Positions 1 to 12,003 of a DNA stretch of 64,000 bases are shown here, one piece after another (position 1 is the stretch's first letter; every line of letters starts with the position of its first letter). A program made the position numbers and the translations under genes. The stretch is from Bugula neritina (Eukaryota; Animalia; Bryozoa). The DNA is taken from the NCBI GenBank assembly GCA_964035545.1, contig OZ037769.1:13050633-13114632 (forward strand). The letters are read 5' to 3'. The notes under the pieces were generated by a model that was given only the letters and a program-made list of their open reading frames with translations, searched no databases and was not told where the DNA came from.

Positions 1-1034
1 TGTGCATAAAGACACCTGGAAGGTGCTCATCTCACCCGTGCAGATCTGTGAAACTATTTCAAACTGTCTCCTGTGAGATATGATATATTCAACTAGGATA
101 TTACCTCATTTTATTAATAGGTCATGTTTTTTTATAGATAATGCATATATATGTATTTTGAGTTTTTAATTCAAAGCTTGTAGCTTTTTTACTTGTATTT
201 ACATATTATTGTTAATATTTATCATAGCTGTTGAAATAGACACTATATATGCATTTATTTATGAGTACAGATGTGTAATGGCCATTCCATGCACATTAAA
301 CAGCTTTATTTTATAATTCTGATTTTGGTCATATACATGATTGCAAAATAAAATGCCAGTTTTTAAAATAAATCTAAATTGGATGCTTCTGAAAATAATT
401 ATGCTGCATGCCAAGTGCAGACAACTACTATTTAAGTTTAAATAATTTGAACAGTACAATCTATATTTACTGTTGGAAAATGTTTGCATTTAGCAATTTC
501 TGTGATGAATGTAATAAAAGATCAAATATTGAGATGGTATTAATTTGAGAGCCCTCTTCCCCACATGCATTAGCTACAATTCAGCATTTTACCATACACA
601 AAACGTTTCTTGCTTACACTTACTCACCATAACAGCTGCAGTTTACTTTAGTTGTTCGCATGAATTTGAACATGTGTGTCAACAAAACAAATTGTTGAGT
701 TTAAATTCTCAAAAAAGCTTTGCTGAGCATTTTAATTATCTTAATTTTAGTCCAAAGTCAGCCATATAATAGATTTCTGTCTTTCAGACATGAACATACA
801 ACCTACTGCAGAAATTCTGAAGACTTGATTTTATTAGTTGAAAGGAATTTACCATATATGGTCATAATGCCTTCATATCCCACTTGCTTTCACCTGCTCT
901 CTGCTGATTGTCAATGAGCTAGTCAGGTACCACTGGTGACATTGCATTGCTGAGAACTGGTGTAGTGACTTTATATGCTTTCTGAGAGTTACAACTCAGC
1001 AGTCAAATTAGGCCCTGGCTATAATCTCTCTCAC

Positions 1035-4000
1035 ATGAGCCTGCTGCATACACAGGTGAAGTAAATATTATTATGTGACATTTTACTTCGCATATTTTCT
1101 CTACATACATAGCAAAAATAAGGCTAAATCATATATAATTAAACTATATATGACTCGTATTATTTAGGAAAAGGGCAATGGCACAACATGGTATTTGCAT
1201 TAGAGTATCCATGTGTTACACCCATTGGTCATATAGCTTAATACTTATATTACAATGATTTTTCTTTCAATGATTCAATTTGATATCAATTCATTGGAAC
1301 ACAAAAGCTTGCACAATGCATTCTATACAATGTGTAAAACGCGTAGTGAATGAAGTATATGTTTACCTGCATTCAGGTATGAATAGGGCGTGTCATCCAC
1401 CGAGTAGTTCTATCAATACAGTATATAGCATAAAGCTGAAGTTCAAACTCGGCTTCATTAACAAATCAATATACATATGACTGTGCCATTCTGACTCTGT
1501 ATACTAGACTACTAACTTAACTAACTACTTTATAACATAAGTTAACACTTTAGATTGTACTAGGGAGTGCTACTATTCGAAGTATTGTTGACTAAAAATC
1601 TATACAGAATGTCTTCATCACATATTTTACAGGTTGGTTCATCTGCTACTAAAAACTAGTTTTAATGTTTTATTGATATTCATTTTAGTGTTTTCACTTG
1701 TTGAGTTTGTAAAGCTTGTTAAATATTATCCTAATTTAGCTTTTCTATTGTGTTGTTGTGTTGTTGTTACTGCTGTTGTGTTGTTTTAAGTTTTTTGGTC
1801 ATTCTCTAAAATGGAGTGGCTTTTACAATGTCTGTTGCCATAAACTTTTGGAGTAAGTACTATGGTCTGTTCATTTCCTGAAATCAAATGAGACTTACAT
1901 GCAATTCCGATTTATCTTATTGTTTCAAACTTACCACTTTTCTGTCATTGTAGGTTCTACTGATTGCATTGGCTGTTCACACCATCTCAACCCAAGTAAC
2001 TGCCCCTCCAGGAGAAAAGGGTGCTAAAGTATGTGCATTATATTATTTCTAAACTAAGTGGAGGGGTATGGGGGAGGGTAGAAAGGGTATTGGGTTTGGA
2101 GTTGAGACAACAAGTCACCTCCAACTCGGTGCTACTTCTAGTAGTTTCCTGCTATTCAGACTTTGTCAACAGTACTAGCTTCTGCTACAAGTAAACTTTG
2201 GTAGACTAACAAATCACAATACTATGAAAAGGAACACCAGGCTGCTACGGGAGTTGTTTATTTCAAACAAGTCTGACCAAACAGACTTAAATTGCTGTTA
2301 AAAGCACATTGGATCTTTTATATTTTAAGAGTTTTATAATATTCTTATAAATATATAAAAGTTTTTGGTGTATAACTATATCCATTTCAACTTGAATAAT
2401 TTCAACACAACAGATCTACCTTATATATTCAGCCCTTCAAATATGTTTTGATTAATTTAGAAATATATGTCAACAATTTTCCTAGAAAACTATCAAAGGT
2501 TTCTGGTTGCTATTATATATTGCTACTGTCTATCTGCCCTATGGGCTATAGTTTATATATCTCATCAGCAATCAGTAAATTTATCTATGTGAGTCATAAT
2601 ATAGGCTGAATCCTAGAATGAATAAAAACAGTTTCTTCTTGTTTAATATCTGTTTCTAGAGTTTATTTTAGTGTGCGATTCAGAAGTGATATCAAATTAA
2701 AACCTGAAATTTTAAATTAAGTATGCACTTTTATGGCCTTCTTTGAACATAAGTCCCAAAAGTTTATATGATGCTGAACACCAGTTCGCAATGTATGAAG
2801 TGCAAAACATTCATCTTCTCTATTTCCCCAGGGTGCTGCTGGACCAGATGGACCAGCTGGAGATCCCGGTGTTGTGGGAGATGTTGGTGACCCTGGCCTT
2901 CAAGGAGTAAAGGGAGATCCTGGAAGTATTGGATTAGAAGGTTCTGTGGGTAGTACGGGAAGTGCTGGTGAGCAAGGTGCTCTAGGAGGTACTGGATCTG
3001 CTGGTGCAACAGGTAATAATTATTTCAATAAATTACAGCTGAAGCGTTTGGAATTTTCTGCCTTTAACCCGCATTCACAAATTGTCAAATTTGCTAGCAT
3101 AGTTTTGTTCAAATAATCAAGTTTATATAAATATAACTTATAGCCAGGTTTATTAATGTGATTTATAAAATGCTATATCTGAGATTCATATATTCCCAAT
3201 GGGTCACTTAATAGTGAATAGCGGCTGAGTACACTCAGCCAATCAGCATTCAGATAACAACCAATGACATTAATTTACAGCTGAATGAAAGTTTTTGCAT
3301 TCGATATGCGTTAAAGCGTTGCTAAAAACAGATTCCTCTAGAATCACGTAGCTGTGACGAAAGACGATATGAATGTATCACTCAGCTTTGGATGTTTCCT
3401 TTTAGCTGTAGTGTAAGCGGGTCTTAATTTTCTTTGCTTTAGACCTAATACATGCATATAATATGATAGCTAATGTCAGAGTTTTACCTGTAACATACTC
3501 ATTGGATTATTATTCTAAATGCATAGTTTACAGCTAAATTGTTGATTAATTAGGTGGTACTGGCGCTACTGGTGAGATGGGTGCCACAGGCAACACCGGA
3601 GCAACAGGTCAAACAGGAGAGAAAGGAGAGTTAGGGAGAAAAGGATTTGTCGGCCAACAAGGAGCTGACGGTAAGACAGCTACTACTACTGGTCAGAACT
3701 AATTACCAGTACCCGGTGATGAGAGACTTACATCTGCTTGTTTGTCTTCCAGGCTCCAGAGGCAATGTCGGGTTACCAGGACCACAAGGTGACAAAGGAG
3801 ATGTTGGTAATAAAGGACAAAGAGGAATTTTTGGACTACCTGGAGAAAAAGGAGATAAAGGGTCATCCGGACTACCAGGTGCTTCCCTGTTAGAACAAGG
3901 TAACTTTTAGAAGGTGTCAAAAGTAGTACAATAATTGCTATATATCTATTTGCAATTGAATATGAAAAATAAAGTTAATATTTCTCTGACATCATCTTAT

Positions 4001-7000
4001 TGGAAAATTAAATCAGTAATTAATTTCTTAATGCAGAATTTTCTTGTGTTATACGTATAGTTTTATATTATGTGAAGTATTTAGTTTAATATTACTTTTA
4101 GACATGTACAAAGCTGTACATGTGAATCACTGTGTATGTTATTTCTATATCAACATCACACAATTATATAAGAAATGTTAAAGTAAAGTTAAATGTATAT
4201 GATATTTATAATTCATCAAAGTTAAAGTGATTATATTTACATACAAATAACAAAATACTGATCGGCTTTGAGTGATGCATTGAAATAAAAAAAGAAGAAG
4301 AGAAATTGCTATGCTCAAGCAGCTTTATTGCACTGCTACCATGTCCTAGACTGAAGATTGTACACTTCAACAGCTAAACTTAACAACTTTTGCAGACGTG
4401 GATGAATGTCAAGTGGAAGCAGACAATGAGTGTGACATCACCACAACTGTCTGTGTCAACACCGCTCTCGCTTACAGATGTGACTGCAAGACCGGCTATA
4501 CGCCAGATGATGGTAGTCACTTCTCCTGTAAAGGTGGGGCATGTTTTCCTCCACCCTTAGCACTTTAGAGATTATATAATACTAATTATATATATTATTA
4601 ATAATATATATTACTAATAATGCTATGTGAGAGTGTAGCAGAAGGAATTTACAATTGTGCTGTGTATTTTTCAACAGAGTAATGCTCTGATTACACTACA
4701 GCTACAAGTGATCGAGTGTCTATTGCTGCTATTTCAAGAGATACGTTTAACAATTGAGTCACAATAATTTGGGTTCATATTGCAGTTCTCTCTCCTTTCA
4801 GCTATGTGTTGGAGCATTCAGCATGTCAAACACAAACACTTGCGTTCAGCAGTTAATCATGGTTTTATTAGTTGTTGAGTATCGATTTGCTGAGCTTTTC
4901 TACTTGTTCCTCAAGTTTTCATCTAAGATTATTATTAAATTCATTAGAACTGTATTAATTTCAGAAAAAGCAGTTTATAATTATATTAATTAATCTGCAT
5001 ATATTATTCTAGTAAATGTAGTTATATTTTGTTACTACAAGTAACAGCTAAGAACATGATATGGCATAACAGATGATGAATGTTCATCTTTAGTTGTCGG
5101 GTGAACAGGGTGTAGGATCTTATGTAATAATACCATTATTGCTAATAAGCTATAGGAAAAACAAAAATATTGAATAAAACAAAGGTTTTAAATATAAAAG
5201 TTTTCCTCTCATTATTTGAATAATCTTAGGTATTGTTCTCGGTGTGACTTCTGCTGGTAGGAAAGTGCAGCAGACACGCTGTAAGACTCTTAGAGTAAGC
5301 TGACATGTGCACCATCTGTCACCTGTCAGCTGGTGTCTCAAGGTGCTTTCTCATGCGCGTTGTATGCTGATGTCATGAAACTCAGTGGTTATGTTGCAGA
5401 CGTTGATGAATGTAGTGTTGATAATGGTGGCTGTGCGGGAACATGTGTCAACACAGACGGTAGCTACGAGTGCAGCTGTCCAAGTGGAACGAGAATTACG
5501 GAGAATAACCAGTGTGCAGGTGTGTAGCTCAATTTGTAAGTTGATGGTGTGTTCTGCCCCACCCTTGAGGCTTCATGTTTCTATGGCTAAGTAATTTTTG
5601 TTATATGTTGATTATTGTCTTCTCTCAAAGTAACAAATATTTTCAATAGGCTGCATATAAAATTGTTTATGTCAAATGTGTTGTATATATGCTGCATTTT
5701 TATAATTAACTAGTTTTCATCAATAAATACATCTTACTTTTTATATAAATTAATGATCATTTGAAAGTTGTCTTAGACAAGATAACTCCTATGACAGTGA
5801 GAATTATTATTTATAGTCTGGCAGAACTGGGGGTTAGGTTCGCAATCTCGGATAAAGTTTTTTTCTCTTTTGATTATTTATTTTGAGAGTTCAGGTAACT
5901 GTTTCCAGGTGGGTGTGGACCTGCCACCCTTGAGCATTTCGAGAAATCCAAGATGGCCGCCAATTATGAAAAAATCGTAATCTAGTCGGCATAAAGTCTA
6001 TAATATGTTGCAAAAACAAATTTTTTTTGATGATTCAAATAGAAGTGCATTTTTGGAATGAATATTTGCCATGCCAGCGCAAATAAAACCAAAGTAAAGA
6101 GCCAAGAGACATGTTGCTCAGTTCAAAAATCGAAATTGCTTCAATAAAACATCACATATGGTGCAGAGATATGATACAAGGTTTTTGAATAATTGTTTGG
6201 ACAGATATATAAAGAAAAACGTTGCTTATTGCCAGAGAAGAAAAAGTAAAAAAGATAGAGGCATATTGCTCAGCTAAAATTAAAATGAAACATATATATA
6301 ATCAAATAGATGTGACAAACTTTCGCTCATGTTCATATTAAACACCTTTTTCATTCTTTTCTATCATTAGCATTTGTTAGACATGTTAGTTCATTGCAGC
6401 ACACTCCTGTTACTGCTTCACAAGGACAGAACTTTCTGCATGGGATAGATGTACTAAAACAGCCATATCTGTTTTGCATGATTGTTAGCTTCCACAGGAG
6501 CATTTAATGAATTTAGGCCATTTTATTTTATTTAGCACACATCAACAGATTATGATCAAAAATTTTTAAGTTTACTCAAAATTCATGAAAACTTACTATT
6601 ATAAAGTAATAGAATTTGCTGATTCTAACTATGCATAGCAAAAACACTGGGAAGAGGTCCTGCAACATTTAAGCGCAGCGTCATGTCATAGGAGCTAAAT
6701 ATATATTTGTGAACCATCATGGTTCATATAATATATCTCAATGTACTAATAAATTAGGAAAAAGCATAGAAAATCATGCATAATTGAAAAAGCCTTGAAT
6801 ATTCAGTTTTACTTGCTAAAATTTCATTAGTTTGGTGCTAAAATCTATATACAAGAGTAGCTAAATTGTAAAAAATCGCCAATGTTCTAGTGGGTTTAAT
6901 GCCGCAGTTTCATATGGCTACCTGGAGGTGTGCTCTGGTGACATTGTCCAATAGCTTCATCTGTAGCAGGCAAAGTACATAAGCTAAAAGCACATAGCAA

Positions 7001-10000
7001 ATAGCATTGCTGACCTTGGTTTTCTAAGCCTTTTGTTTTGTAGATGTCATGGAGGAACACTTTGCATAAGCATAGCAACATAGCATAAATCTGGTAGCTT
7101 GTATGAATAGTCATCCTGAAAAAAGCCCTAGTGTCACCAAATCACACTTTCTTTCTACCAAAACATTTAGTATGACTCCCTTTTTAATATTTTACATTGT
7201 TGCCACTACATCACACCCTGAGAGGCCATGGGACGGCAGCAAATTGTTCATTATAGAAATTTGTCTTGGACTTTCTCACCTAGTGGTCTAAGATGGGTTG
7301 CGATTTTGCAGGGCACCAAGTGCTATCAGAGAGTGTCATCTGATTCTGTTGTCAACATCTTCATCTGAGAGGCCACATTTCAGTATGACATCCTTCACTG
7401 TATTCATTAACCTTTTCTTTGGCCTCCCTCTCTTTCTCTGTATCTTCATCTCAGCCACCATTCTAATATCTTCATCCCTATCTCTTCGGCGCACATGTCC
7501 ATACCATTGAAAAGGTCTTCTCCTCATGCCTATTGCGATGGCTTTTATTTTGGCCTCCTCCTTATATTATCATTTGTTATATAGTCTTCCTACTCTATAT
7601 TGTAAATGTGACAAAGCATCCTCATCTTAGTTGCACTTAGCTTGTTCTCTTGTCTTTGAGTCAGTGGCCATGTCTGATATCCATACATCAGTGTAGTTTT
7701 TGATGCCATCTTGTATAACAGAACCTCCAACTTGGTGGACATTTTCTTAACTTCTTGTGCACCCTTTTTTGAGTGGGTCATTGCAGAGTTCAATCTTCCT
7801 TTTAACAGACTCCCTGTCCTTTGAATCAGATTGGACTCTTGATTGCATCTCATCCTTATGAGTAGTGGAAGCATTTATTTCAGACTCATCTCTGATGTCA
7901 CTGAAGCCTTACTGTATTTTGTTGCATGCAGAATTGCTGTACACCCACACCTTGAGAGTTTCAGTTTTAATGGTGATGTCAATGATTCTCCCTTGCTGTG
8001 ACCAAATCTCACAAAAATCACCTCCGTGGTAATGTCTGACCAAATGCCGTCGAGCTGGCTGCGTCTATGATGCATTGTGTGGTTACTAGCCACGAATTCA
8101 ATCCTTACATCTTGTGGTATGGCCTTCATGCTACACAGATATAAGTACATTTCCTTTTCCATTGCTAGTTGTAAGGCCCAGTCTCCTTCTCTATCAGCCA
8201 TGATGTGGGTGTTGATGGAAAAAATTGGTCTAATAAAGCACACGACACACAGTTTTTGCTGTTCTTCAGCTCTCTGAAATCTTAGTCAACATCTTGTCAA
8301 GGTCCTCCATGCTAGTGATTACACTTTTATCAAAGACTGACTTCAGCAGCTCTCCCACCAATATTCTCAGGCCCCGTACATTCTGGGGAAACTTTTTTTA
8401 TATAGCATTTTGAGGAAACTACGAAAAGTAGAATTAACTACTTTTACCAAATCAGTTTCAATCATTAATGTTCCAGTGCACCCAACATAGGTCATTAAAA
8501 GGGAGAAATTAATAGTAAACGTCTATGAAAGGGGATTGGTATGAAAAAGGTAGGGAACCACTGTTCCAATGAATGTATTACTTCCCCCAGTATGAAATAG
8601 ATTCTCATTCATAAAAAACTGTTTACAAATGTTTTTAAAGAAAAGTCAAATGTGCCGATTGTAAAAGTAGTTTTCGAAAGCAAAAAGTCAATATTTAGAT
8701 AAACGATGTGTCCATAATAAAGCAATTAAACTATTTTAAGAAGCCATGGTGTTGTGTTATCAAAGTTGTTCACCTTTTTTTCTAACTTTAAAAGACATAG
8801 CTAAAACTTTAAAACAGAAAATAACTGTTAAATTGGCAGCTCAACAAACTTTTTTGATAGGCATGCTAGTTTGAAATAAATTGCTATTTAGCTCATATGG
8901 CAATGACGTTGCATTTCAATTTTGCAGAACCCCTTTCAGCTTTATTTGTTGGACATATTTGTAATCAGCATATAGTATCACCCCATATAGTAAATTTTCA
9001 TGAATTTAAAACAAACTGATATGCAGAGATGCAAGGAAATTATAAACACGGCAAGGCTATAAGTTAAACTTAAAAAAGTGAATGATTAAGGCTTAGCTTA
9101 GTTACCCTTGGGTATCATTTGCCTATTACTCAATAAAACACATGATAAAGGTACATGCATCTTTATTGTATCAATTTCTAAAGATTTCAAAGCATTGAAG
9201 CCTTAAATTTAGCCTCAGTGGGTAGATACGTTTGAATTATAAAGATTCGTCTGGTGCCTGGCGGCCATCTTGAATTTCTCGAAATGCTCAAGGGTGAGAA
9301 GTTCACACCCACCTGGAAACACTTACCTAGACCCTATATTTGAATAATCAGAAGAGAAAAAAACTTTATCCGGGGTTGCGAACCTAAGTCAAAAATTGGT
9401 GTTTTTCTGCCAGACTTTAGGAATTATTAAGATAATGCCCTTATCACCAAAAATAAAGGCTATATAATATAATGTTTTGGTGTTTTACTATAGACATTAA
9501 TGAATGTGTGGTTGGGGCTAATGAGGAAGATCCTTGTGGTAATCAAGCAGACACTTACTGTATAAATACCTACTCTTCCAGCTCCTGTGTGTCTAGTCTA
9601 GCTGTCACCGAAGGTACGTACACTTTAGATACTTACTGTATACTCACTTACCCAAGTTTATAGTCACCATCCCTGTGAGAAACCCCTGATGGAAAGGGTT
9701 TTTGTTGAAGCGAGCTAAGGACTTATTTAAATGAAGCACAGGGACAATTATGACTGGATGCTCTTCATAACATCACCAATGGCCTTTGTCTGGGCTCGAA
9801 CCCATGACCTTCATGTTTACCAGGCAAACGCTCTAACCCCCTAGACCACGGCCTGCTTCCTTAGATACTTACTGTATACGTACTGATGTAAATAGAATGA
9901 GCAATTATATTAACTTGAGTTAAACATTCTCTTCATGCTGTATATAAGAATGCAGGTTAATTTTGTATTTTCTATCAATAGCAAGTAGTTTTCCAGGGAA

Positions 10001-11415
10001 TGTTTCAACTCAGACCTTCTGAATTAAAACATCCTAATCCATTTAAATTATATTTCCTTTCGTATGAATTTATGCTATAGACTGAGGCATGCAAATCATG
10101 ATAAACAATTGCATGTATACTCTAACACTTTGTATTACTATACATCATTGCTGTAACATTGTAATAATTTAATTTCTACAGAGACTACAACTGTTAAAGC
10201 CCCGGTAGCTCAGACCTTGATGCTGGCACTAGTCCAGAACAACTGGGTTCCTGTGCTACTGGCCTGGTTCAGTATTATCACTCTGGTGGTTATAGTTATG
10301 CTACTCTGGCTGATAGTTGTCTTCAATTCCATGAGACGAGAGAAAAAGAAACAGCGAATGCTTGATCGTTCAGCGTCTTACAATGACAGTAAGTATGATC
10401 TTATATAATTATGTAGGGTTGGTTCACTCTGTAGTCCCTGTGGTGTAATGGTTAGCGTGCTTGCTTGCAAACCAGAGGTTCCGGGTTCGAATCCCTGTGG
10501 CGGCAAAATTTTTATAAGCTATTTTGGCCTTTAGTGAAAAGTAGTAGTACTCTGAGGGAGTTGAGAGGCCAGGGGAGCCTGAGGGATTAGTAGAGAGGTT
10601 AAAGGATTTGGATCTCAATGGAGGCATAAGTTCTATAATATACTTACTCTATACCTAGGATGCTGTGCTAGTTTATTTGCTCATTTAACTGCATAATTTA
10701 TAATTGGTTACCTGCAGTATGCCTGCAGTAATTCATGTAGCCTGAGCACTCTGAATTCTTAATACAGTTGTTGACGATGAAGATGAGGAAATAGAAGGGT
10801 TGGAAGGCATGGCTGGATCTGGTGCTATAGATATAGATATCCCTCACTTACCAAAGTCTCGAGGTGGCACCATGAAAGGCAAAGGCAGTCTTAAAACCAA
10901 AAAACCATATAAATCAGGTAAAATGAGTTTTAAATATTAAATAATTAATTATTAAATTATATTATATGCATATTGCATGACAACTTTCGGCTGTAATGGT
11001 ACAGTGTTATTATTAGTCAATATGTAGTAGGTACTATAGCAGATGCATATTTGTCTATTGTGGATTAATACTTCTATAGGAAAAATTCTAAAATCAACAC
11101 AAACCCTTAAATAAAATAAATTCAAATCGAGCAACAGTACATGCTGCGGCATTATGAAACAGTGATTATTTGATAATCTTAATTCTAAAGGAGCCAAGAC
11201 ACCTCTTTTATTACAGTCTTTGAAAATTGTAGCTAGGGAAACTCATTTAGTTTTACAATAATTTATTCTTTTTAGGGTCAAGGTCAAATAAGCCAGCCAG
11301 CCTCTCTAGCAGCACAGGAAGTGAAATGCGAACAGCAAGCGTTCGACAGCACCGCGTTGCTACGGGAGAGAGAAATGCAGCCAATAGACTCAGTGGAGTG
11401 GATACTTTTTATTAG
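1035..11415 (+). CDS. Type I transmembrane protein with N-terminal collagen triple helix and calcium-binding EGF domains (~471 aa, 11 exons)
   Basis: Phase-consistent GT-AG exons: 1035-1055 (putative, MSLLHTQ, weakest call), 1954-2028 (signal peptide [13 protein letters not shown] then GEKGAK), 2832-3012, 3554-3670, 3753-3899 (Gly-X-Y, 50 triplets in total), 4396-4533 (DVDEC...CVNT..Y.C.C cbEGF), 5400-5519 (cbEGF), 9494-9613 (4-Cys partial EGF), 10182-10388 ([29 protein letters not shown] then RREKKK), 10768-10917, 11276-11415 (stop TAG). AATAAA at 11553. Confidence 0.85.
7270..7872 (-). mobile_element. RTE-clade LINE 3' fragment nested in the Academ-like element
   Basis: Peptides LYK....[18 protein letters not shown]...MRML and WYGHVRRRD...RKRGRPKKR...VKD are typical of the C-terminus of RTE-like ORFs. 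The reading frame is broken. Confidence 0.75.
8375..8563. mobile_element. Possible hAT/Charlie-type terminal fragment
   Basis: Ends in AAAAAGGTAGGGAACCACTG (reverse complement CAGTGGTTCCCTACCTTTTT, a Charlie-like terminus). No partner end was found. Confidence 0.3.
9644..9860 (-). mobile_element. Full-length tRNA-derived SINE (family B) with 19-bp target-site duplication
   Basis: A box TGGTCTAGGGGG and B box GGTTCGAGCCC on the minus strand, body ..AAGAGCATCCAGTC.., tail GACTATAAACTTGGG. Direct repeat TTAGATACTTACTGTATAC at 9625-9643 and 9861-9879. Homologous copies elsewhere in the window. Confidence 0.85.
10434..10513 (+). repeat. tRNA(Gln)-like pseudo-tRNA / tailless SINE (family A), intronic
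   Basis: GTCCCTGTGGTGTAATGGTTAGC...GGTTCGAATCC then a T-run. Anticodon stem is one base short and the acceptor stem pairs poorly. Homologues at 31650-31728 and 52962-53041. Confidence 0.7.
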
Positions 11416-12003
11416 CAGCATGCATTCTTTTACCTGCATGTGTTCTATTACCTGCATGCAGTCTATTTCTTTCTATATCATATTATATTACAGACACGTT
11501 ATTAACTGCAAACATCATTTGGTTGTTGCAAGAGCTTTTTAGAAAATATGTTAATAAATCAAATTTTAGAGTTTGATCATTTATTATTAACTGCTCAAAA
11601 TATTACATCTGTTGAAAAAGAATTGGCATTTGGATTATGTCATAAGTATAAATGTCTGAATTATGTCCAGCAGGTTGAAGTAATAACTGAAAAAAATAGT
11701 TGATCACCTTGTAGGTGTGAAATAAGAAAATTATAATAGTATAGAAACAGAAATTCTGTCAACAATACAAACTTTATAGAAGACCACACAATGCGTTGCG
11801 AATATTTCATGGTCTAAAGAATCAATGAGATTAAAAGAATAGGGTAATGATTGTTTTATGTACTGTTGGCCAATAACAAAGCATAATACATAGTAATGGC
11901 TACTTTCCATAGTAAACTAGATTTCTTTTAGAAAATCTACTAAACCCTTGTATTTTCAAACTAGTTTGATGAGATTGTAATAACAGTTATTTACAATTAG
12001 TTT

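Larger units (their letters stand above)
5814..9417 (-). mobile_element. Decayed, internally deleted Academ-like DNA transposon (intronic)
   Basis: ~150-bp imperfect TIRs (5814-5962 vs 9260-9417; TAGTCTGGCAGAA...TTCTGCCAGACT) and a possible TTA TSD. Minus-strand remnants with stops and frameshifts: [23 protein letters not shown] (7980-8200), XPG-like HGLSGCDVV (~7200-7245), [15 protein letters not shown] (~6910-6980) and a CXC-like Cys cluster (~6385-6510). Confidence 0.75.

Noticed and set aside
1811-1852. Alternative first coding exon for the collagen gene (ATG 1811 or 1828, donor 1853)
   Set aside because: ATG 1811 hits a stop and ATG 1828 ends in phase 1, incompatible with the phase-0 exon at 1954; it could still be a UTR or skipped exon.
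10434-10506. Functional tRNA-Ala(TGC) or tRNA-Cys(GCA) gene
   Set aside because: The anticodon stem is a base short, the acceptor stem barely pairs and diverged homologues are dispersed; treated as a pseudo-tRNA/SINE-like unit.
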